Positions 56,984 to 64,000 of a stretch of DNA of 64,000 nucleotides are shown here, piece by piece. Position 1 is the stretch's first letter; the number at the start of each line of letters is the position of its first letter. Under the pieces are notes generated by a model. It had not been told where the DNA came from, made no database searches, and saw only the letters and a list, made by a program, of their open reading frames with translations. The position numbers and the translations under genes were made by a program. The stretch covers positions 4,026-68,025 of the forward strand of contig DASTIF010000083.1 in assembly GCA_035717805.1 (NCBI GenBank), given 5' to 3'. The stretch is from Sphingomicrobium sp. (GTDB taxonomy: Bacteria > Pseudomonadota > Alphaproteobacteria > Sphingomonadales > Sphingomonadaceae).

Positions 56984-58164
56984 CAGCCATCGTCTCCGCT
57001 CTGGTAGGGAATTTCGATTATAACGCTAAAGCCCCCGCGTTCGTTCGTTTTGGTCATGAAGCCGTGCGCATTTCCATAGGCCTGGGCCAGCCGCTCGCGG
57101 ATATTGGCGAGGCCGACTCCGGTCGATTGCGTGGCCCCGATCTCGGCATTGCCGCCGCCGCTGTCGGCGACCTCGATCCGGACCGCCTCGCCCTCGCGGC
57201 TGGCCGTGATCCAGATGTCGGCGCCGCCTTCGCTCGGGGTCACGGCATATTTGATCGCATTTTCGATCAGCGGCTGAAGCAAGAGCGAGGGGAGCCGGGC
57301 GCCAATCGTATCGGGATCGATCTTGAAATGGGGCCGCATCCGGTCCTCGAATCGCATCTTCTCGATCTCCAGATAGAGCTTCAGGGTCTCGACTTCCTGG
57401 GCGAGCGTTACGTTCGCGGTGGATTCGTTGGCCAGCGTGTAGCGAAGGAAGGACGACAGCCGCGCGAGCATCGCATTGGCGCGCTCGGTCTGCTTGAGCA
57501 GCACCAGCGTCGAGATAGAGTTCAGCGTGTTGAACAGGAAATGCGGGTTGAGCTGATAGCGAAGCATCGCCAGCTGGGCGCTCGAAGCCTGGTTCTCCAG
57601 CCGCTCGCGCTGGTTAATCTGCTCCTCGAGCAGGATGTAATAATTGATTCCGTAATAAAGCGCCGTCCATGCCGCCAGGAGCGCGAAATTGAGCAGGATC
57701 GCTCCCAGATATTCGAAGCCCGACGGCCTCGAATCGGGCTTGAGGAACGTCGCATAGCTCCATGTCTCGATCACCGAAAAGGCGATTGAGGCGAGAATTA
57801 CGGCCGCCAGCGAAAGCACCGCCGTCCACACCACCCGCATCTGGATGAGCCGCCGGAACAGCGCCCCCATCAGCAAGGTCAGCGAATAGCCGGTCGCGGT
57901 GAGCAAGGCGGTATGGACGATCCACATCCAGCCGAGGCTGTTGGCGAAGCCGTTCAGCGTTCGAAGGACGAAATAGCCCGCCCAGCCGAGGCCCTGAAGA
58001 AACCAGAAGGCGCGATTCTTGTCCTCGAAGAATGGCGCGTCGAGCCCCACGCCCTTGAGGATCGGCCGCGCCGGATTGTCGATCTTCGGAGTGTCGCTTC
58101 GCCTCCGCGGCTCCGGCTGCTGCCCGGCCGGCTGGTTGGTCAGCGCTGCGCTGTCGGTCGCCAT
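56983..58164 (-). CDS. LytS-family sensor histidine kinase
   Basis: About four TM segments. QLNPHFLFNTLN, LQPLIENAIKY and GVGLANIRERL motifs. Confidence 0.93.
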   Translation of the reverse strand: MATDSAALTNQPAGQQPEPRRRSDTPKIDNPARPILKGVGLDAPFFEDKNRAFWFLQGLGWAGYFVLRTLNGFANSLGWMWIVHTALLTATGYSLTLLMGALFRRLIQMRVVWTAVLSLAAVILASIAFSVIETWSYATFLKPDSRPSGFEYLGAILLNFALLAAWTALYYGINYYILLEEQINQRERLENQASSAQLAMLRYQLNPHFLFNTLNSISTLVLLKQTERANAMLARLSSFLRYTLANESTANVTLAQEVETLKLYLEIEKMRFEDRMRPHFKIDPDTIGARLPSLLLQPLIENAIKYAVTPSEGGADIWITASREGEAVRIEVADSGGGNAEIGATQSTGVGLANIRERLAQAYGNAHGFMTKTNERGGFSVIIEIPYQSGDDG

Positions 58165-58286
58165 CGCCGCCGATATAGGGGGATAATTTGCGTCTTGCGA
58201 GCAGGGTCTGGACGGGCCGGGTCGGGTCTGCTTTCGGCACAAGCACCGCCCGATGACGTTATCCACCAGTTGAAAGAAGAGCTCGA

Positions 58287-60191
58287 ATGACCCCGTTGAG
58301 CAAAGCCGTTGCGATCGCCGCGACCCTGATCCTCGCATCCTGCCGCGCCGGCGACGACCAGGCTCCGAAGCCCGCCGCGCAAGCCCAGGTCGCGCCGATC
58401 CTCACCACTCCGGAAGCCAGGGACGCGTATAGCTACGCCCGCCCGCTCGAAGCGCGGGTTACCCATGTCGCGCTCGACCTCGGAGTCGATTTCGACGCCA
58501 GGCGGATTGGCGGAACTGCGACTCTCGACATCCAGCGCAAGCCGGACGCGAAGGAGATCGTCCTCGACGACAAGGGTCTCGAAATCAAAGCCGTCACCGA
58601 CGGCAAGGGCGAAAAGCTCGACTGGACGGTCGGAGCAAGCGACCCGGCCAAGGGCGCGCCGCTGTCGATCGCGCTCCGCCCCTATACGCAGAAGATTCGG
58701 ATCACCTACGTCTCGGCGCCCGATGCCGACGCCTTGCAGTGGCTGACTCCGGCGCAGACCGCGGGCAAGACCCATCCCTATCTCTTCAGCCAGGGCCAGG
58801 CGATCCTCAATCGCACCTGGATCCCGACCCAGGATTCGCCCGGAATCCGCCAGAGCTGGGAAGCCAGGATCAAGGTGAAGAAGCCGCTGACCGCGGTGAT
58901 GAGCGCAACCAGCGCCGGCGACCCGATCGATGACGGCGACAGCCGGATCTTCCGCTACCGCATGGATCATCCGGTCGCGCCCTATCTGATCGCGATCGCG
59001 GTCGGCGACCTCGTGCACCGCGACCTCGGCCCGCGCTCGGGCGTGTGGACCGAGCCGGCGGTCATCGACCGCGCCGCAGCCGAGCTTGCCGACACCGAAA
59101 AGATGATCGCGGCGGCGGAGAAGCTCTACGGTCCCTATCGCTGGGGCCGCTACGACATGATCGTTCTCCCGCCCTCCTTCCCCTATGGCGGCATGGAAAA
59201 TCCGACGCTGACCTTCCTCACCCCGACCTTCCTCGCCGGCGACAAGAGCCTCAACGGGCTCGTCGCGCATGAGCTCGCCCACAGCTGGTCGGGCAATCTC
59301 GTCACCAACGCCACCTGGCCCGACAGCTGGCTGAACGAGGGTGTCACCTCCTATTTCGAGAACCGGATCCTCGAGGAAATCTACGGGCCCAAGCGAGCCG
59401 CGCAGGAAGCGGCCTTGTCCTTCGCCGAGATGGAATCGGCGTTCGAGGAACTTGGGATAAATTCGCCGGCCACCCGCCTTCGCGGCGACGATGGGCCCGA
59501 CGAAGGCGCCAGCGGGATCATCTACGACAAGGGCGCGGTCTTCCTTCGCACCATGGAGCATTTGATCGGCCGCGAGCGGTGGGACCAATGGCTTCGCTCC
59601 TATTTCGACCGCCATGCCTTTCAGCCGATGACATCGGCGCGGTTCCTCGCCGATCTGCGCGCCAATCTCGTCAAGGGCGACCAGGCGCTCGAACGCAGAC
59701 TGATGCTCGACCAGTGGGTGTATCAGCCGGGCCTTCCCTCGAACGCTGTCCGGCCTGACCCGGGCGTTTTCGCCGAAGTCGACAAGTCGCTTGCGGCTTT
59801 CAAGGCCGGCGGAGCCGCGGCCGACGTGCCTTACGCCGGCTGGAACACCGCCGAGCGGCTGCGCTTCCTCAACGGCCTCCCGCGAAAGCTCGACCGGGCC
59901 CGCCTCGACGAACTCGATCATGCCTTTGACCTGTCGCAAGCCGGCAACTCGGAAATCCGCTTCGCCTGGCTCGAGCTGGTCGTCGCCAACCGCTACGAAC
60001 CGGGCGTCGAGTCGCTGGAGCAGTTCCTGACCAGCCAGGGCCGCGGCAAGTTCGTCCGCCCGCTGATCCAGGCCCTGGCCGAGGACAAGGATTGGGGCCG
60101 GCCGATAGCGGCCCGAATCTACGCGAAGGCGCGGCCGATCTATCACCCGATAGTGACCCGCGACCTCGACAAACTGGGTTTGCTGAAATGA
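58287..60191 (+). CDS. M1 family aminopeptidase (LTA4 hydrolase-like)
   Basis: FPYGGMENP, HELAHSWSGN.VTN..W...WLNEG, YDKG and GRGKF motifs. Lipoprotein-like signal. Confidence 0.93.
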   Translation: MTPLSKAVAIAATLILASCRAGDDQAPKPAAQAQVAPILTTPEARDAYSYARPLEARVTHVALDLGVDFDARRIGGTATLDIQRKPDAKEIVLDDKGLEIKAVTDGKGEKLDWTVGASDPAKGAPLSIALRPYTQKIRITYVSAPDADALQWLTPAQTAGKTHPYLFSQGQAILNRTWIPTQDSPGIRQSWEARIKVKKPLTAVMSATSAGDPIDDGDSRIFRYRMDHPVAPYLIAIAVGDLVHRDLGPRSGVWTEPAVIDRAAAELADTEKMIAAAEKLYGPYRWGRYDMIVLPPSFPYGGMENPTLTFLTPTFLAGDKSLNGLVAHELAHSWSGNLVTNATWPDSWLNEGVTSYFENRILEEIYGPKRAAQEAALSFAEMESAFEELGINSPATRLRGDDGPDEGASGIIYDKGAVFLRTMEHLIGRERWDQWLRSYFDRHAFQPMTSARFLADLRANLVKGDQALERRLMLDQWVYQPGLPSNAVRPDPGVFAEVDKSLAAFKAGGAAADVPYAGWNTAERLRFLNGLPRKLDRARLDELDHAFDLSQAGNSEIRFAWLELVVANRYEPGVESLEQFLTSQGRGKFVRPLIQALAEDKDWGRPIAARIYAKARPIYHPIVTRDLDKLGLLK

Positions 60192-60210
60192 ACAGAATCC
60201 GAAACGCGTC

Positions 60211-60226
60211 TTAACCGCGTTTCAAC
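60211..60226 (+). promoter_or_regulatory. CtrA-like box
   Basis: TTAA-ccgcgtt-TCAAC, one mismatch to TTAA-N7-TTAAC, upstream of the GGDEF/EAL gene. Confidence 0.5.
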
Positions 60227-60270
60227 CCTCTTCGGCGTACCGCTTCACGCGACCAGATAGCGGGACGCGG

Positions 60271-62607
60271 ATGTACGAAGCTCCTGACCGATACAAACGG
60301 ATGATTTCCGCGCGCCTCCCCGATGGGGAATCGCTCGCGTTCTCGTCCGGCAAGCCCGAGCCGGAGAATTCGCCTCTGCGCGATTCGCAGCTCCTTGCGC
60401 GCGCGCATCTCGCGCCTTTCTTCGCGGCCGCCAACGTCGTCGCGGCGGCGATGATCGTCACCTGCCTGTGGGCCGAGGTGTCGGTCTTCCTTCTCATCGG
60501 CTGGATGGGGGCCGTGGGCCTCGTCAACGTCGGCTCGATGCAGATGGCCCGGACCCAGTCGATTACCCATGTCGGCCGTTCGGGGCGGCGCCTGTCGGAC
60601 CTCATCCTGGTCGGGGAGATTGTCGCTCGAGCGGGCCTTTGGCTATCGCTCCCTCTCTATTTCTTTCCGACTCTCAACCCGGCATCGCAGGTGATCGTCG
60701 GGTCGATCACGGCCGGCCTCGGGATTGCCTCGCTCGGCCTGGTGGTCGTTCTGCCCTGCGTCATCGCCTGGATGGCGAGCTTCACCGCCGCGGTCAGCGC
60801 CGCGCTTCTTCTCGGCCGCAACAGCGTGCCGCTGGACCATATGCTCTCGATCATGTTCACGCTCGGAGTCGCCATCTTCGGCGTGCTCGCGGTCGCTCGC
60901 TGGGCCTATGCGCAGCTCAAGACCAGCGCCGACGTCGGGCTTCAGAGCGAGAGCGCCTCGCTGCTCTTGCAGGAATATGAGCAGCGCGGAGTCGGCTGGC
61001 TGTGGCAGGTCGATTGCGACAATCGCGTCACCTACATCTCCTCGCGAATGATCGCGCTCCTCGGGCGGCCCGCCAGCCAGCTTCTCGGCCATTCGCTTCC
61101 CTCGCTTCTCGGCGGCCATGCCGAGCTCGGCGCCAAGCTTCTTGAAAAGCAGCCGTTCGCGAACCTCGAAATGGAGCTTGAGACGGCACGCGGCCCGCGC
61201 TGGATCGCGATCGCGGGCGACCCGATCATCGACACCGCCGGCCGGTTCGAGGGATTCCGCGGTGTCGGCTCCGACATCACCGAGATTCGCCAGACCCAGG
61301 AGCGGCTGACTCACCTCGCCAACATGGACGTCCTTTCCGGGCTTCCGAATCGCGGCCGGGTCCGGCAGCTTCTCGGCGAGGCGCTTCGCGAGGCGACCGC
61401 GAGCAACCATGCCTGCGCGATCCTGTTCATGGACCTCGACGGGTTCAAGCCGGTCAACGACACGTTCGGACACCCGCGCGGCGATGCCGTTCTCCGGGCG
61501 GTCGCCAAGCGGTTGGTCGACGAGGTCGGCGCGGCCGGCCATGTCGGACGGATGGGCGGCGACGAGTTCGCCGTGGTCATCCCCGACGCCCAGAGCCGCA
61601 CCAAGGTCGAGCAGATGGCGCAGCGGATCATCGATTCGATCAAGGAGCCCTATGAGATCGAGGGCACCAACATCCGAATCGGCGTGTCGATCGGCTGCTC
61701 GTTCGGACCGGTCGACGGCGCGACGGTCGACGATTTGATCCTCAAAGCCGATCTCGCGCTTTACGAAGCCAAGGGCGAAGGCCGCGGAATCGCGCGCTAT
61801 TTCTCCTCCGAGCTGCAGTCGGAGAAGGAAGACCGGATCCGGATGGAAACCGACCTTCGAGCTGCCCTGCCGAGCAAGCAGTTTCACCTCGTCTTCCAGC
61901 CGCTGATCGCCGCCAAGAGCCAGAAGCTGATCGGGTTCGAGGCGCTTATCCGCTGGAATCATCCCAAGCGCGGCCTTGTGCCGCCCAACATCTTCATCCC
62001 CGTCGCCGAGGAAATCGGCCTGATGCCGGCCATCGGCGAATGGGTGATTGACGAAGCTTGCAGGGCGGCGGCCAGCTGGCCGGAAACTATCAGCGTGTCG
62101 CTCAACGTCAGCCCCAAGCAGATCGTGCTCCCGGCGCTTCCCAATGTCGTCAGCGAAGCGCTTGGCCGCTACCGGGTGCAGGGCAACCGGATCGAGCTTG
62201 AGGTCACCGAGGGCGTATTCCTCGGTGACAACGGCCCGACGCTCGACGTACTCAAGCGCCTTCGCCAGCTCGGGGTCGGTATCGCGCTCGACGATTTCGG
62301 AACGGGCTATTCGTCGATCGGCTATTTGAACAAGGCGATCTTCCACAAGCTGAAGATCGACGGAAGCTTCGTCCGCGAAGCCGGCACTCGCCCGGAAAAC
62401 GTGGCGATCATCCAGTCGATCGTCCAGCTTGCGAAAAGCTTCCGCATGTCGATCACGGCCGAGGGCGTCGAGACTCCCGAAGACTTCGAGCGGATGCGCG
62501 AACTCGGCTGCGATACCATCCAGGGCTATCTGTTCGGCAAGCCGCTCAGCTACGAGCGCGCGAACGAAATGGTGGTGGGTCTGGCCAACAAGCGCGCCGC
62601 GGGCTGA
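60271..62607 (+). CDS. Membrane-bound PAS-GGDEF-EAL diguanylate cyclase/phosphodiesterase
   Basis: N-terminal TMs and a PAS-like region. DLDGFK.VND..GH..GD, RMGGDEF, FEALIRW, LDDFGTGYSS and AEGVET motifs. Confidence 0.95.
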   Translation: MYEAPDRYKRMISARLPDGESLAFSSGKPEPENSPLRDSQLLARAHLAPFFAAANVVAAAMIVTCLWAEVSVFLLIGWMGAVGLVNVGSMQMARTQSITHVGRSGRRLSDLILVGEIVARAGLWLSLPLYFFPTLNPASQVIVGSITAGLGIASLGLVVVLPCVIAWMASFTAAVSAALLLGRNSVPLDHMLSIMFTLGVAIFGVLAVARWAYAQLKTSADVGLQSESASLLLQEYEQRGVGWLWQVDCDNRVTYISSRMIALLGRPASQLLGHSLPSLLGGHAELGAKLLEKQPFANLEMELETARGPRWIAIAGDPIIDTAGRFEGFRGVGSDITEIRQTQERLTHLANMDVLSGLPNRGRVRQLLGEALREATASNHACAILFMDLDGFKPVNDTFGHPRGDAVLRAVAKRLVDEVGAAGHVGRMGGDEFAVVIPDAQSRTKVEQMAQRIIDSIKEPYEIEGTNIRIGVSIGCSFGPVDGATVDDLILKADLALYEAKGEGRGIARYFSSELQSEKEDRIRMETDLRAALPSKQFHLVFQPLIAAKSQKLIGFEALIRWNHPKRGLVPPNIFIPVAEEIGLMPAIGEWVIDEACRAAASWPETISVSLNVSPKQIVLPALPNVVSEALGRYRVQGNRIELEVTEGVFLGDNGPTLDVLKRLRQLGVGIALDDFGTGYSSIGYLNKAIFHKLKIDGSFVREAGTRPENVAIIQSIVQLAKSFRMSITAEGVETPEDFERMRELGCDTIQGYLFGKPLSYERANEMVVGLANKRAAG

Positions 62608-62697
62608 CGCCTTCCGGCCGTTTATTTTCCGTTTTCCGCTCGGTGCTTGCAGCTTGCCGCGGTTCAGCGCAGATTGGCCGCCTGACAGGGAGCGGCC

Positions 62698-64000
62698 TTG
62701 GCTCGAATATTCCTCAGTTACGCGCGTGACGACGTCGACGCCGCGAGGCAGCTCGCCGAGGGCATCGGCGGCGCCGGTCACGATGTCTGGTGGGACCGTC
62801 ATCTCCACGGCGGCTCGCGCTTTGCCTCGGAGATCGATCGGGAGCTGAAAAGCTCGGACGCGGTCGTGGTCCTGTGGACTCCTTCGTCGATCGAATCGGC
62901 CTGGGTCCAGGACGAAGCCGCCGAGGGCCGCGACACCGGCCGCCTCGTTCCGGTTACGCTCGGCGCGGTCAAGCCGCCGCTCGGTTTCCGCCAGTTTCAT
63001 ACCGTCGATCTGGGCTCGTCGATCGACAAGCAGCGCCCCGATGCGATCGACGATCTGCTGGCGGCAATCGCCCAGACCTGCGGGCCTGCGTCCGCCAGGT
63101 CGAAACCTGCCGCTCCCGAAGAGCTCAAGCCGGCCCCGAAGACCTCGATCTGCGTCCTTCCGTTCGAAAATATGAGCGGCGACGCCGAACAGGAATATTT
63201 CAGCGACGGCATCACCGAGGACATCATTACCGATTTGTCCCGGATTTCCGCCTTTTCGGTTGTCGCCCGCAACACCGCCTTCCGCTTCAAGGGCAAGGAT
63301 ATCGACCTAAAGGATGTCGCCCACGAGCTCGGCGTCACCCATGTCCTCGAAGGCAGCGTCCGAAAGGCCGGAACGCGGGTCCGAATCACCGCCCAGCTGA
63401 TCGACGGCACGGCCGGCGACCATGTCTGGGCGGAGCGGTACGACCGTGACCTCACCGACATTTTCGCCATCCAGGACGAAATATCGAAGGCGATCGCCGA
63501 CGCGATGAAGCTCAAGCTTCTGCCCCGGGAAAGGAAGGCGATCGAGCAGCGCGGGACCAACAGCGTCGACGCCTACAACCTCTATCTGATGGCGCGGCAG
63601 CACTGGATCAGCGGCAACCTCGGCGACAAGAGGCGCGAGGAGGCGGTGGTTCGAATTTGCCGGCAGGCGGTCGCCGTCGATCCGGACTATTCGAGGGCGT
63701 GGGCGCTGATGGCGCTCGCCCAATCCGAGCTTCGTTTCCTTCATGGCCAGTCCGTCGATGCGTTCGAATCGGCTGAACGCGCCTTGTCGCTCGATCCCGA
63801 CCTGGCCGAGGCGCATTGCGTCAAGGCGCGCTTCCTCGAAGAGGAGGGCCATCAGGAAGATGCGAAACGGCAGATCGAAACCGCGCTGCGGCTCGATCCG
63901 GAATCCTGGGAGGTGAACAAGGAAGCGGCTCGGCTCATGTTCCGCCAGGGCCGTGTCGAGGATGCGCTGGTTCACTTCGAGAAAGCTTCGTCGCTGATGG
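62698..64000 (+). CDS. TIR domain - TolB-like - TPR protein, 3' end runs off the window
   Basis: Manual translation from TTG 62698: ARIFLSYARDD..VWWD..SDAVVVLW..S..SAWVQDEA..PPLGFRQF, then SICVLPFENMSGD.EQEYFSDGITEDII, VLEGSVR and TPRs. Confidence 0.9.
   Translation, partial: MARIFLSYARDDVDAARQLAEGIGGAGHDVWWDRHLHGGSRFASEIDRELKSSDAVVVLWTPSSIESAWVQDEAAEGRDTGRLVPVTLGAVKPPLGFRQFHTVDLGSSIDKQRPDAIDDLLAAIAQTCGPASARSKPAAPEELKPAPKTSICVLPFENMSGDAEQEYFSDGITEDIITDLSRISAFSVVARNTAFRFKGKDIDLKDVAHELGVTHVLEGSVRKAGTRVRITAQLIDGTAGDHVWAERYDRDLTDIFAIQDEISKAIADAMKLKLLPRERKAIEQRGTNSVDAYNLYLMARQHWISGNLGDKRREEAVVRICRQAVAVDPDYSRAWALMALAQSELRFLHGQSVDAFESAERALSLDPDLAEAHCVKARFLEEEGHQEDAKRQIETALRLDPESWEVNKEAARLMFRQGRVEDALVHFEKASSLM

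Noticed and set aside
62790-63449. ORF-track calls in the last 1.3 kb
   Set aside because: They are off-frame or antisense. The real gene is the open TIR-TPR frame from 62698, which has no stop in the window.

Overview
High-GC alphaproteobacterial chromosome segment. Gene content and order suggest Sphingomonadaceae (inference). It is mostly core genome: leuS (partial), yggS, ribA, xth, lolA, ftsK, a UbiH/L-type hydroxylase, cnoX, tRNA-Gly(GCC), hemC-hemD-mic60-like, tsaD-gpsA, rsmB-rpe-heparinase-purH, flippase-polA, nadB, tldD, recQ, atm1, purT, purA, a LytS/LytTR pair, an M1 aminopeptidase, a GGDEF/EAL protein and a partial TIR-TPR protein. I saw no integrase, transposase, prophage or CRISPR array. 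The most interesting signals are small: (1) two tandem paralogous lipoproteins with no aromatic residues and a chaplin-like VPxxxxxNVCG..C motif, behind an EcfG-type promoter; (2) a sigma54 promoter with an upstream palindrome driving an uncalled 34-aa hydrophobic peptide plus a stand-alone PspC; (3) a structured candidate sRNA with C-rich loops between lolA and xth; (4) a palindromic repeat translated in frame at the flippase N-terminus, and a REPIN/MITE-like inverted repeat after purA; (5) recurring EcfG-, CenR-, CtrA- and CcrM-type promoter motifs. All family calls come from motif recognition by eye, with no database search.
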